Positions 17,057 to 26,384 of a stretch of 32,000 nucleotides of DNA are shown here, piece after piece (position 1 is the stretch's first letter; each line of letters starts with the position of its first letter). This DNA is from an uncultured Alphaproteobacteria bacterium (lineage in GTDB: Bacteria; Pseudomonadota; Alphaproteobacteria; Rs-D84; CACZYB01), in contig CAKQHZ010000001.1 in the NCBI GenBank assembly GCA_934246625.1, positions 210,001 through 242,000 of the forward strand, in the 5' to 3' direction. Position numbers and translations under genes: made by a program. The notes below the pieces were generated by a model. The model saw nothing but the letters and a program-made list of their open reading frames with translations, made no database searches and had not been told where the DNA came from.

Positions 17057-18286
17057 ATGTATAAAGTAAAATCAGATTTTTTAAATATTATTCAGGAACG
17101 TGGTCTTTTTAATCAAGCAAGTGATTTGGAAGGTTTGGATAAAAAACTTTTAAGTGGTTCTGTTATTGGTTATTTGGGTGCGGACCCTACCGCTGATAGT
17201 TTGCATATTGGAAATTTGGTTTCACTTACCCTTCTTCGACTTTTTCAAAAAACTGGAAATAAGCCTATTGCTCTTATCGGTGGGGCAACAGGAAGAATTG
17301 GTGATCCATCTGGCCGTTCAAGTGAACGTCCAATGATGACTGATGAAATTTTTACAAAAAATATGGCTGGAATAAAAAAATCTATGGAAAAATTCTTTTC
17401 CTTTGGTGATGGAAAAACCGATGCAATTATGGTGAATAATTATGATTGGTTTAAGGATATTTCTTATATTGATTTTTTAACAAAGTTTGGTCGTTATTTT
17501 TCTGTAAATGAAATGCTTAAACGTGAAAGTGTTAAACTTCGTTTAGATAGAGAACAACCTTTATCATTTTTGGAATTTAATTATTCTTTGTTCCAAGCAT
17601 ACGACTTTGTTGAAATAAATAAACGTTATGGAGCTGTGCTTCAATTCGGTGGTGCTGATCAATGGGGAAACATTGTTTCTGGTGTTGATTTGGGAAGACG
17701 TTTAGGTGTGGAACTTTATGCCTTGACTGCTCCTTTGTTGACTGATGCCAATGGTGTAAAGTTTGGAAAGTCAATGGGAAATGCTGTATGGCTTAATGAA
17801 GATAAACTTTCTGCTTATGATTATTACCAATTCTGGCGAAATGTTGATGATAGAGATGTTTCAAAATTGCTTCGCATATTTACAGAACTCCCTATTTCCG
17901 AAATTGAAAAACTTGAAAAACTTCAAGGGGCAGAAATCAATGAAGCAAAGAAAATTCTTGCTTTTGAAGCAACAAAAATTTGTCGTGGTGAAGATGCTGC
18001 AAAAACAGCCGAAGCAACTGCAAAAGAAACTTTTGAAAATGGTGGTATGGGAAAGGATTTGCCAACATTTGAATTGACATCTGAAATGAATATTCTTGAT
18101 GTATTAACATATACTTCACTTTGCAAATCAAAAAGTGATGCAAGACGTATGATTGTTGGTGGTGCAGTAAGTGTTAATGATGAAAAAATTTCTGATGATA
18201 AAAAGGTAATTGATGAAACCTTTGCAAAAGATGGAAAAATACTTATTTCTTGTGGAAAGAAAAATAAGGCAATATTAAAAATTTAA
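17057..18286 (+). CDS. tyrS: Tyrosine--tRNA ligase
   Basis: HIGH motif (ADSLHIGNL), KMSKS variant (KFGKS), GGADQWGN, and a C-terminal S4-like domain (SKSDARRMIVGGAVSVN). Confidence 0.93.
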   Translation: MYKVKSDFLNIIQERGLFNQASDLEGLDKKLLSGSVIGYLGADPTADSLHIGNLVSLTLLRLFQKTGNKPIALIGGATGRIGDPSGRSSERPMMTDEIFTKNMAGIKKSMEKFFSFGDGKTDAIMVNNYDWFKDISYIDFLTKFGRYFSVNEMLKRESVKLRLDREQPLSFLEFNYSLFQAYDFVEINKRYGAVLQFGGADQWGNIVSGVDLGRRLGVELYALTAPLLTDANGVKFGKSMGNAVWLNEDKLSAYDYYQFWRNVDDRDVSKLLRIFTELPISEIEKLEKLQGAEINEAKKILAFEATKICRGEDAAKTAEATAKETFENGGMGKDLPTFELTSEMNILDVLTYTSLCKSKSDARRMIVGGAVSVNDEKISDDKKVIDETFAKDGKILISCGKKNKAILKI

Positions 18287-19260
18287 AATAATATTTCAGA
18301 TAATATTTTTTCATTATCAAATTTTACCTCTATATCAATAGGGGTAATTTTTTTGCGAACATCATTTGGCAATTTCACATAATCTTTCATAGTAGTAAGT
18401 AAAGGAAGTCCCTTTAACTTTGAAAGGTTAAGCAAAGTTTCAATATCGCTTTGTGTATAAGCATAATGATCAGGAAAACTAACTTTATCCACAACGTTGA
18501 TATTATTATCAGTTAAGGTTTTATAAAATTTTTCAGGTTTGCCAATACCTGCAAATGCAATTACCTCCTTACCAATAAAATTTTTCACACTATCGGTTGG
18601 AGCGGTAATTCCATTTATAACTGGAACACCATTTAATTTAAGGGTTGTTTCTAATAATGGATTTGGCTTTCTCATTATAATTGCAAGATTTACCCCCTTT
18701 AACCCAGATTTTAAACTTTGGCGAAGGGGACCTGCTGGAAAAATATAGCCATTAGAAAGACCAGACACACCATCAAAGACACAAATCTTTATATCCTTTG
18801 CCAATTTATAGTTTTGGAAACCATCGTCCATTATTATAACATCAACCTTATTTTCAAGAAATTTGGCACCATTTGCCCTGTTTTTACAAACACATACTGG
18901 AACATTTTTATATTTTGTTGCAATTAAATATGGTTCATCACCAACATCAATACTCGTATGTTTTTTCGTATCAATTAAAAATGGAATATCAGATGAAAGT
19001 TTGCTTCCATAACCACGGGATAAGACACCAACTTTTATATTTTTTTTCAAAAAAAGCTCTATTAACTTTATAACGACTGGCGTTTTGCCAACACCACCAA
19101 GAACGATATTACCAACACAAATAACCTTTGCCTTTGATTTATATGTTTTGGTTGTAAGTTGATTTAATTTATCCCCCAATTTATAAAGCAATGAAAAAGG
19201 CAATAAAAATGTTGATATTCCCCACTTTTTATAAAAATATTTTGGTTCTTGTAGTTTCAT
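18283..19260 (-). CDS. lpxK: Tetraacyldisaccharide 4'-kinase (lipid A biosynthesis)
   Basis: VICVGNIVLGGVGKTPVV P-loop, SRGYG, GDEP and DDGFQN motifs. Confidence 0.88.
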   Translation of the reverse strand: MKLQEPKYFYKKWGISTFLLPFSLLYKLGDKLNQLTTKTYKSKAKVICVGNIVLGGVGKTPVVIKLIELFLKKNIKVGVLSRGYGSKLSSDIPFLIDTKKHTSIDVGDEPYLIATKYKNVPVCVCKNRANGAKFLENKVDVIIMDDGFQNYKLAKDIKICVFDGVSGLSNGYIFPAGPLRQSLKSGLKGVNLAIIMRKPNPLLETTLKLNGVPVINGITAPTDSVKNFIGKEVIAFAGIGKPEKFYKTLTDNNINVVDKVSFPDHYAYTQSDIETLLNLSKLKGLPLLTTMKDYVKLPNDVRKKITPIDIEVKFDNEKILSEILF

Positions 19261-19322
19261 TTTTCCCTTGTCTTAAATTTTCTATATTATATAATATATT
19301 AAAAATAAAGGCAAAGCAAATT

Positions 19323-19718
19323 ATGACTATTGATGATTTAATTTCAAATTTTAATATGATAGATGATTGGAATGATAAATATTCCTATCTGATTGAACTT
19401 GGTCGTGAAATTACTCCTTTCCCATCTGAAGAAAGGATTGAAGAAAACAGAATTTATGGTTGTTCTGCATCTGTATGGTGGAAATATAAAATTGATGAAA
19501 ATAGCAAATATTCTTTTCTTTTTGACAGTGATGCGTTGATTGTAAAGGGACTTTTGTATATTTTAATGGTGATTTTTAATCAAAAGAATATATCTGAAAT
19601 ACAAAATATAAATGTGTTTGAATTATTTAATAAAATGGGATTATCTGAACATCTTTCAAATCAAAGACAAGTTGGAATTTCATCTGTGATTGCCAAAATA
19701 CAAAACTTGGGGAAATAA
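19323..19718 (+). CDS. sufE: SufE/CsdE-family cysteine desulfuration (sulfur acceptor) protein
   Basis: From the ATG at 19323: MTIDDLISNFNMIDDWNDKYSYLIELG..., with the conserved acceptor Cys in YGCSASVWW and SDALIVKGL. The listed 19191 start would overlap lpxK. Confidence 0.8.
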   Translation: MTIDDLISNFNMIDDWNDKYSYLIELGREITPFPSEERIEENRIYGCSASVWWKYKIDENSKYSFLFDSDALIVKGLLYILMVIFNQKNISEIQNINVFELFNKMGLSEHLSNQRQVGISSVIAKIQNLGK

Positions 19719-19768
19719 ATCATTAAATATTTGATTTTTTTTAAAAGTTATTATAAAATAGGTCTATT

Positions 19769-21190
19769 ATGACAATAAATAATGCAAAAAAACATATTAA
19801 AAAGTATATAAAGAAACCTCATTTTCAGGTGTTTGCTATCAGTTTTTCTTTATGTATTTTATTTTTCTTTATTATTTCTAAACAATCAGGAAGTAATATC
19901 GCTCCTGTGAAGGAAGTGGACTTTCCATTAATGGAAAATCAAATTATCGGCACATCTTCTAACCCTATTCCAAAGCGTATCAATAATTTTTTTGATGATA
20001 TGTTTAGTGGGGTGAAGGAACATACCTTGGAAGTAAAAAGTGGTGATTCAATAGCTTCTATGCTTTCATCTTTTGGAATTTGTTATAGTGAGATTTTAGC
20101 AGTAAGCAAGGCTATTGACCCTATTTCAAAAACTTCTGAATTAAAACCTGATAATGACAAAATCGTGATAAAATTAAAACCTATTCCAAACCAAGATGGA
20201 AAGGTAAAGGCTGAACTTCGTTCTTTGGAAATTATCAAAAGCCCAATTTACAAAATTCGTGCGGAAAAAACCGCAGATGGATTCAGAACTGTTGAGGAAA
20301 AATCTGATATAACATCTGAACTTATTAGAAAAGAAGGCGAAATTTTAAAAGGAACTGGACTTATTGAGGCTGCATTGGCTCAAGGTATTCCTTATAACAT
20401 CATTGATAAATTTTATGAAATATTTTCTTTTGATGTGGATTTTGAACGTGATATTTACCCTGGTGATAAATTCCAAATTATGTATGAAAATCTTTATTCT
20501 GATAATGGGGATTATATAGGAAATGGTGATGTGATTTTTGCTTCTCTTTACCTTAATTCACGACAACAGGATTTCAAACTTTATCGTTATGAAAATGAAA
20601 ATGGTTTTGTTGCATATTATGATGAAAATGGTAAAAGTGCCTCAAAAACTCTTAAAAAATCTCCTATTAACGGAGCAAGAATTTCATCAAAATATGGTAA
20701 AAGAAAGCACCCTATCCTTGGATATTCTCGTGCACATCAGGGAATTGACTTTGCCGCACCAAGTGGAACTCCTATCCCCGCAGCAGGAAGTGGTAAGGTT
20801 GTTTTCAAAGGTTGGAGAAATGGCTATGGTAATTATATTAAAATAAAGCATAATGGCACTTACTCCACTGCTTATGGTCATATGAAGGGTTTTAAATCTG
20901 GAATAAATGTAGGTAGCCAAATTGCTCAAGGTCAAATAATTGGGTATGTTGGTTCAACTGGACTTTCTACTGGCCCACATTTGCACTATGAAATTATAAA
21001 GGATAATGTTCACGTTAATCCATTGACTGTGAAACTTCCATCTATAAAAAATATTACAAAGGCAGAACTTAAAAAATTTACAACCAACAGGGATAAAATA
21101 AATATTCAATTTGCTGTGTTGGATAAAAATTTCTCTCAATTTGCAAACTTAATCAATGTAAATAATATTGAACCAGTTGCATCAAAGTAA
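19769..21190 (+). CDS. M23-family (LytM-type) peptidoglycan endopeptidase with an N-terminal membrane anchor
   Basis: N-terminal TM helix and an OapA/LysM-like segment (LEVKSGDSIASML). The C-terminal M23 domain carries HQGIDFAAPSGTPI and GSTGLSTGPHLHYEI. Confidence 0.85.
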   Translation: MTINNAKKHIKKYIKKPHFQVFAISFSLCILFFFIISKQSGSNIAPVKEVDFPLMENQIIGTSSNPIPKRINNFFDDMFSGVKEHTLEVKSGDSIASMLSSFGICYSEILAVSKAIDPISKTSELKPDNDKIVIKLKPIPNQDGKVKAELRSLEIIKSPIYKIRAEKTADGFRTVEEKSDITSELIRKEGEILKGTGLIEAALAQGIPYNIIDKFYEIFSFDVDFERDIYPGDKFQIMYENLYSDNGDYIGNGDVIFASLYLNSRQQDFKLYRYENENGFVAYYDENGKSASKTLKKSPINGARISSKYGKRKHPILGYSRAHQGIDFAAPSGTPIPAAGSGKVVFKGWRNGYGNYIKIKHNGTYSTAYGHMKGFKSGINVGSQIAQGQIIGYVGSTGLSTGPHLHYEIIKDNVHVNPLTVKLPSIKNITKAELKKFTTNRDKINIQFAVLDKNFSQFANLINVNNIEPVASK

Positions 21191-21209
21191 ATTTTTGAAA
21201 GGAAAATAA

Positions 21210-21722
21210 ATGAATATACTAAATGATAACTACACTCAATATATAAGTAAAGATGAAAAAATTATTGAATTTACAGATGTTTCAAATAAAGTTTCTTTAA
21301 TACTTGCCTTTATTAAATCTTGTTGTTTTAGTTTTCTATTTTTTCTATTTTGTATTTATTATAGATTTTTTAAAGAAGGGTTAATATTAACTTTATTTTT
21401 CTTAATTTTTTGTTTTGCATATTTATATTTTAAATATAAAAGTATGAAATACTTAATCACAGATAATGGTATACTTGAAATAAAAGGAATATTTTTTAAA
21501 ACATATAAATTTATACCATTTATAAAAATTACTGATATAAGGCTTTCACGAAATATATTTGATTTAATATTAGGAACTGGAAATGTTGATATTTCAACTG
21601 CTGGAGGGACAAGAATTTATAATGGAAATAGCCAACCTTATGAAATAAGATTTCTCCATATAGATAATTTTATAACAGTTAATGAAATAATCAAAAAATC
21701 AATAACAAAAAAAGCCCCTTAA
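21210..21722 (+). CDS. Membrane protein with a bacterial PH domain (bPH_2 / YdbS-like)
   Basis: Two N-terminal TM helices followed by a YLITDNGILEIKGIFFKTYKFIPFIKITDIRLSRNIFDLILGTGNVDIST pattern typical of bPH_2. Confidence 0.6.
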   Translation: MNILNDNYTQYISKDEKIIEFTDVSNKVSLILAFIKSCCFSFLFFLFCIYYRFFKEGLILTLFFLIFCFAYLYFKYKSMKYLITDNGILEIKGIFFKTYKFIPFIKITDIRLSRNIFDLILGTGNVDISTAGGTRIYNGNSQPYEIRFLHIDNFITVNEIIKKSITKKAP

Positions 21723-21737
21723 ATTGGGGCTTTTAAA
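21711..21737. terminator. Bidirectional intrinsic terminator between the bPH_2 gene and rpsU
   Basis: AAAGCCCC (21711-21718), loop TTAAATT, GGGGCTTT (21726-21733). T-runs on both strands. It overlaps the stop codon of the + strand gene. Confidence 0.55.
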
Positions 21738-21944
21738 CTAATAACCGAGAAGTTGTTTTTCTTTTGAAATACGTTTTCTTTCACGGCGAACAGCTTCATT
21801 CTTCTTACGTTTTTTCATAGCTGTACCAGTTTCATAGTACTTTCTTTCTTTGATTTCACGAAGAAGACCTTCCTTTTGTCCTTTCTTTTTAAGAACGCGA
21901 AGAGCTTGTTCAACATTGTTATCACGAACTAGAACTTTAACCAT
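21738..21944 (-). CDS. rpsU: 30S ribosomal protein S21
   Basis: 68-aa basic protein, MVKVLVRDNNVEQALRVLKKK...YYE...KRKKNEAVRRERK, a canonical S21 sequence. RBS GGGGGTGA. Confidence 0.93.
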   Translation of the reverse strand: MVKVLVRDNNVEQALRVLKKKGQKEGLLREIKERKYYETGTAMKKRKKNEAVRRERKRISKEKQLLGY

Positions 21945-22010
21945 TATTTCACCCCCTTTAATTGAGTATTAGTTTTTATTTATATGGATAAGTCCTAAAA
22001 ACTTGGGGTA

Positions 22011-22038
22011 AGTATAACATAACTCTTTCAAATTGCAA
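22011..22038 (-). promoter_or_regulatory. Sigma70-like promoter of rpsU (TTGCAA-N16-TATACT on the minus strand)
   Basis: TTGCAA at 22033-22038 and TATACT (plus-strand AGTATA) at 22011-22016. Confidence 0.45.
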
Positions 22039-22158
22039 GAAAATTATGAATCGGATTACATAAAATAAATTTCTCTTAAATCATCTATATTTATATTTTT
22101 AATATGTTTTCAATTTTTTATTTCTACTAAAATAAGAATATGATGTAAAAATATTCTC

Positions 22159-22186
22159 TTGCACTTGGATTTTAAAAATGTATAAT
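22159..22186 (+). promoter_or_regulatory. Sigma70-like promoter of gap (TTGCAC-N16-TATAAT, TG-extended)
   Basis: TTGCAC at 22159-22164, TG at 22179-22180, TATAAT at 22181-22186. Confidence 0.5.
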
Positions 22187-22237
22187 AGAGTGCATATTAA
22201 CTACTTTGTATAATAAACAAATGAAAGGACTATTAAA

Positions 22238-23254
22238 ATGGCAGTAAAAGTAGCAATAAATGGTTTTGGTCGTATCGGAAGAATGACTTTCCGTGCTTTA
22301 ATCGAAAGTGGTAGAAAAGATGTTGAAGTTGTAGCTATCAATGATTTAGCTAGCCCTGAATCTTCTCTTCACCTTTTAAAATATGATTCTGTTCATGGAA
22401 GACTTCCTGTTGAAGCTAAACTTGAAGGCGATATGCTTATTGCTGGAACTCAAAAGGCAAAAATGTTTGCTATCCGTGATCCAAAAGAATATCCATGGAA
22501 AGATTTAGATATTGATATCGTTTTTGAATGCACAGGTATTTTCACTGAAAAAGAAAAAGCTCAAGTTCATTTAGATGCTGGTGCAAAACGTGTTCTCGTT
22601 TCTGCTCCTGCAAAAGGTGCTGATTTAACTGTTGTTTATGGTGTTAACCAAGACAAAATTACTTCTGATATGAGAGTTTTCTCAAATGCAAGTTGCACAA
22701 CAAACTGCTTGGCTCCTGTTGTTGAAGTATTAAACAGAAACTTTGGTATTTCTCATGGTTATATGACAACTATTCACTCATATACAGGTGATCAAGTAAC
22801 TCTTGATAGAGATTTAAAAGGTAATCTTTACCGTTCACGTGCTGCTGCACAAAACATTATTCCTACAACAACTGGTGCTGCAAAAGCTATCGGTCTTGTT
22901 ATCCCAGAATTGGCTGGAAAACTTGATGGTGCTTCTACTCGTGTTCCTACACCAGATGTTTCATTGGTTGATTTCAAATTTGTTGTTAAAAAAGATTCAG
23001 TTACAGCTGAAGAAATTAACAATGCTATTATCGAAGCATCAAAGTCAGACAGATATAATGGTATCCTTTGCGTAAATACTGACGCTTTGGTTTCATCTGA
23101 CTTTATCCATAACCCTGCTTCTTCAACATTTGATTTGAAAGAAACTAAAGTTATGGAAGGTAATTTCGTTCGTATCGTTTCATGGTATGATAACGAATGG
23201 GGTTTCTCTAATCGTATGCTTGATACAGCTGTTGCTATTGCAAAAACTATATAA
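22238..23254 (+). CDS. gap: Glyceraldehyde-3-phosphate dehydrogenase (type I)
   Basis: INGFGRIGR, active site SNASCTTNCLAP, WYDNEWGFSNR. Confidence 0.95.
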   Translation: MAVKVAINGFGRIGRMTFRALIESGRKDVEVVAINDLASPESSLHLLKYDSVHGRLPVEAKLEGDMLIAGTQKAKMFAIRDPKEYPWKDLDIDIVFECTGIFTEKEKAQVHLDAGAKRVLVSAPAKGADLTVVYGVNQDKITSDMRVFSNASCTTNCLAPVVEVLNRNFGISHGYMTTIHSYTGDQVTLDRDLKGNLYRSRAAAQNIIPTTTGAAKAIGLVIPELAGKLDGASTRVPTPDVSLVDFKFVVKKDSVTAEEINNAIIEASKSDRYNGILCVNTDALVSSDFIHNPASSTFDLKETKVMEGNFVRIVSWYDNEWGFSNRMLDTAVAIAKTI

Positions 23255-23275
23255 TAACAACTGTATGAAAAATAA

Positions 23276-23300
23276 AGCCCTCCGATTGGAGGGTTTTTTA
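23276..23300 (+). terminator. Intrinsic terminator after gap
   Basis: CCCTCC (23278-23283), loop GATT, GGAGGG (23288-23293), followed by T6. Confidence 0.6.
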
Positions 23301-23307
23301 TTATCTT

Positions 23308-23916
23308 TTATTCTTCAGTATGAAAATACATCACGTTAGGCACAGTTGCGATATTGTTTGCGAAGAAAACACTTTTCATTAAAAATAATAAATCGTCAAC
23401 GGAATTTTCTTTATTAAATTTGATTTTGTTTGTTGTTAAAAAATCTTTTTTGAAAAGATAGCGAAAAATAAATTCGTATTTGTTAAGTTCGGTGATATTA
23501 ACCTTGTCCTTTATTCTATTATACAATGTGTTGGTTTTATAAATAATTTTTTCATTGCCGATATTGAACCCACTTATGGCAATGTCGCTGTTGTTTGGCA
23601 ATACAGAATTTAACATTTTTTCATAATAATCAGGAGAAATATAATCGCAGGAAGAAATAAAATGAACATAGTCGCCAGTTGCAAGGTTTAAACCCAAATT
23701 ATTAACATCAGATGAAGTCGTCGTAATGATTTTTATTCGATTATCCTTTTTTGCAAATTTATTGTAAATATCAGAAAAAATTGGTTTTGGGTGATTATCA
23801 ATAATTAAAATTTCAAGATTTTTATACGTTTGATTTGTTATACTTTCCAAACATTTACTTATACACTTTTTTATGCTGTATATAGGAATTATAACAGAGA
23901 TTAGTTTTTGGCTCAT
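23308..23916 (-). CDS. Glycosyltransferase family 2-like protein, short and with degenerate catalytic motifs
   Basis: From MSQKLISVIIPIYSIKKCISKCLESITNQTYKNLEILIIDN... the GT2 N-terminal fold signature is present. The usual DDGS and DxDD acidic motifs read IDNH and SSCD instead. Only about 200 aa long. Confidence 0.6.
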   Translation of the reverse strand: MSQKLISVIIPIYSIKKCISKCLESITNQTYKNLEILIIDNHPKPIFSDIYNKFAKKDNRIKIITTTSSDVNNLGLNLATGDYVHFISSCDYISPDYYEKMLNSVLPNNSDIAISGFNIGNEKIIYKTNTLYNRIKDKVNITELNKYEFIFRYLFKKDFLTTNKIKFNKENSVDDLLFLMKSVFFANNIATVPNVMYFHTEE

Positions 23917-24059
23917 TTGAGTTCCTTTTATTGTATTTATATAAAAGCAGAACATCGGAGAATTATTATTTAGTATAATCCGTTTTTATAATATATGCCA
24001 TAAGAAAAAATACTTTTATTTAATGACTTACATATATTAGGCAATATATATAGCTTATA

Positions 24060-24095
24060 AAAAAACTCCCTTCGGAAAAAGAAAGGAGTTTTTAT
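24060..24095 (-). terminator. Intrinsic terminator after recA
   Basis: CTCCCTTC (24066-24073) pairs with GAAAGGAG (24081-24088) with one mismatch. T/A runs flank it on both sides. Confidence 0.5.
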
Positions 24096-24111
24096 TTTTA
24101 TAAAGATTATT

Positions 24112-25170
24112 TTATTCTTCTACTGGAGCAGGAGTATCATCATCAGATTCAATAGAAGATGAGGCTTCTAGCATTTTTTCGTTAATAACGCCAGATTTTT
24201 CCATAATCTTTTTAATAAGTTCTTGGGCAATTTTTGGATTATCCTTTAACCATTGACGAGCATTTTCCTTTCCTTGACCAATGCGTTCAGAATTATAGGA
24301 AAACCATGAACCAGATTTTTCAATAATACCAGCCTTTACACCAAGTTCAATAATTTCGCCTTCACGAGAAATTCCTTGATTATACATAATATCAAAATCA
24401 ACTGTTTTAAATGGTGGAGCAACCTTGTTTTTAACAATTTTCACACGTGTTTCATTTCCAATAACATTTTCCTTATCCTTAATTGAACCAACACGGCGGA
24501 TATCCATACGAACAGATGAATAGAACTTTAGTGCATTTCCACCAGTTGTTGTTTCAGGATTTCCGAACATCACTCCAATTTTCATACGGATTTGGTTAAT
24601 AAATACAACCAAAGCATTTGATTTTGCAACTGATGCAGTTAATTTTCTTAAGGCTTGAGACATAAGACGTGCTTGAAGTCCCATATGACTGTCGCCCATT
24701 TCTCCTTCAAGTTCAGCCTTTGGCACAAGGGCAGCAACAGAATCGACAATCAAAACATCAATCGCACCAGAACGAACAAGTGTATCTGCAATTTCCAATG
24801 CTTGTTCACCAGAATCAGGTTGTGAAATTATAAGATTATCAATATCCACACCTATTTTTTTTGCATAAGCAGGATCAAGAGCATGCTCTGCATCAACGAA
24901 AGCACATGTGCCACCAGCCTTTTGAGCCTCTGCAACTATATGTAAAGTAAGTGTTGTTTTACCAGAGCTTTCAGGTCCATAAATTTCAACAATACGTCCC
25001 TTTGGAAGACCACCAATACCAAGCGCAATATCAAGTCCAAGTGAACCAGTTGAAATTGATGGAATTTTTAATCCAGCTTGTTCACCAAGTTTCATAATAC
25101 TTCCCTTACCAAAAGATTTTTCAATTTGTGAAAGTGCAGCTTCTAATGCTTTTTGTTTGTTTTCTGACAT
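24112..25170 (-). CDS. recA: Recombinase A
   Basis: Canonical RecA: [22 protein letters not shown], Walker [10 protein letters not shown], and the FINQIR loop L2 region. Confidence 0.97.
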   Translation of the reverse strand: MSENKQKALEAALSQIEKSFGKGSIMKLGEQAGLKIPSISTGSLGLDIALGIGGLPKGRIVEIYGPESSGKTTLTLHIVAEAQKAGGTCAFVDAEHALDPAYAKKIGVDIDNLIISQPDSGEQALEIADTLVRSGAIDVLIVDSVAALVPKAELEGEMGDSHMGLQARLMSQALRKLTASVAKSNALVVFINQIRMKIGVMFGNPETTTGGNALKFYSSVRMDIRRVGSIKDKENVIGNETRVKIVKNKVAPPFKTVDFDIMYNQGISREGEIIELGVKAGIIEKSGSWFSYNSERIGQGKENARQWLKDNPKIAQELIKKIMEKSGVINEKMLEASSSIESDDDTPAPVEE

Positions 25171-25190
25171 CTTCTTTTCCTCTTTTAATT

Positions 25191-25230
25191 GTTCTTATTA
25201 TGTTCTAACACAGATTCGTTTTTATTGCAA
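25191..25230 (-). promoter_or_regulatory. recA promoter with an alphaproteobacterial-type SOS (LexA) box GTTC-N7-GTTC overlapping the -10
   Basis: GTTCttattatGTTC at 25191-25205, which reads GAAC-N7-GAAC on the recA strand. Minus-strand -35 TTGCAA at 25225-25230, then a 17-nt spacer, then -10-like TAGAAC at 25202-25207. Confidence 0.6.
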
Positions 25231-25245
25231 GAAAATTTTCCTATC

Positions 25246-25884
25246 TTAATAACTTCTTATTAACATAGCCAACTGACCTTGAATTTTAACACGTTCAGGT
25301 GCAAAAATTCGTGTTTGATAGTTTGGATTTGCTGGCTTTAATGCAATAGAACCATCCTTTCTGTAAAGATATTTAAGGGTAACTTCCTCATTATCAATAA
25401 GTGCAACAACAATAGTGCCATTTTCAGCAGTTGGAGTTTCCTTTATAATAACTCTATCACCACTGTGAATACCAGCTTCTATCATAGAATCCCCCTCAAC
25501 ACGCAAAGCGTAAAATTTACCAATTCCCAACATATCAGATGGTATCTCCATTGTTTCAGTTGTATCCGCAATCGCAGCAATAGGTGTTCCAGCAGCAATT
25601 TTTCCATATAATGGAATTGTGGTCATTTTCACATTATCATTTACAGGTGTTATATTAGGAGGATTAAAGTTTTCTGGATATTTGATAATTTCCAATGCCC
25701 TAGCCTTGTTCGGAATTTGTTTTATAAATCCACGTTCCTCCAAACTTTTAATAAGTCTATGAATACCAGATTTTGACTTTAATCCAATCAAATTTTTCAT
25801 TTCCTCAAAAGAAGGGCAAATACCATCTTTTTTTAAACTTTCATCAATAATCATAAAAAGTTTAAGTTGCTGTTTTGTTAGCAT
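25246..25884 (-). CDS. lexA: LexA repressor (S24 autopeptidase)
   Basis: N-terminal winged HTH (PSFEEMK...SKSGIHRLIKSLEERGFI), an AAG cleavage site (GKIAAGTPI), catalytic Ser in GDSM, and Lys in the VTLKYL context. Confidence 0.93.
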   Translation of the reverse strand: MLTKQQLKLFMIIDESLKKDGICPSFEEMKNLIGLKSKSGIHRLIKSLEERGFIKQIPNKARALEIIKYPENFNPPNITPVNDNVKMTTIPLYGKIAAGTPIAAIADTTETMEIPSDMLGIGKFYALRVEGDSMIEAGIHSGDRVIIKETPTAENGTIVVALIDNEEVTLKYLYRKDGSIALKPANPNYQTRIFAPERVKIQGQLAMLIRSY

Positions 25885-25988
25885 ATTTATCTCCTTAATC
25901 TTATTTCAAAACTTACTTATATTCTATATTTGTTCTACTTATTTGTCAACTATTAAAATCTATAATTGTATTTTTTATAAAAAATATT

Positions 25989-26384
25989 CTATTTTGAATT
26001 TTTTCTCGAATTTTTAGAGAATTTTTGATTTTTGATTATATTAAAAAGACGTTCACGATTTTTTTCAGACATACTTTGGACCATTTTGAAACAGTCGATG
26101 TAATTATTAAGAACTTTTAAACTTTCAACTATATTTTTATTTTCTATACCTGTAAGTAAATACATTTTATTAAGTTTTAATAAATCTGCAATTTCTGATA
26201 ATAAATCAATAGAAATTTTTTGTTTACCCTTTTCAATATTTTCCAAAGCACTTGCAGAAATATTAAGTTGTTTTGCAAAATCACCAAAATCAATATGCAA
26301 TGCAACTCGTCTTTTGTTTATTCTATTTCCGATTATTTCATATAAAGATTCATCAGAAATGTTTTTTTTGTTTGTATTTTTCAT
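25989..26384 (-). CDS. XRE-family helix-turn-helix transcriptional regulator
   Basis: HTH_3-like segment IGNRINKRRVALHIDFGDFAKQLNISASALENIEKGKQKISIDLLSEIADLL. Confidence 0.75.
   Translation of the reverse strand: MKNTNKKNISDESLYEIIGNRINKRRVALHIDFGDFAKQLNISASALENIEKGKQKISIDLLSEIADLLKLNKMYLLTGIENKNIVESLKVLNNYIDCFKMVQSMSEKNRERLFNIIKNQKFSKNSRKNSK

Noticed and set aside
19191-19322. Upstream extension of sufE that overlaps the lpxK start
   Set aside because: SufE homology begins at MTIDDLISNF (ATG at 19323). The extension is hydrophobic or low-complexity and overlaps the 5' end of lpxK and the promoter region.
25932-25946. Second LexA box upstream of lexA (GTTCtacttatTTGT)
   Set aside because: Only the first half-site matches GTTC. 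The second is TTGT, or TGTC with N8 spacing. This is too degenerate to call as a feature, so it is mentioned only as a caveat in the SOS finding.
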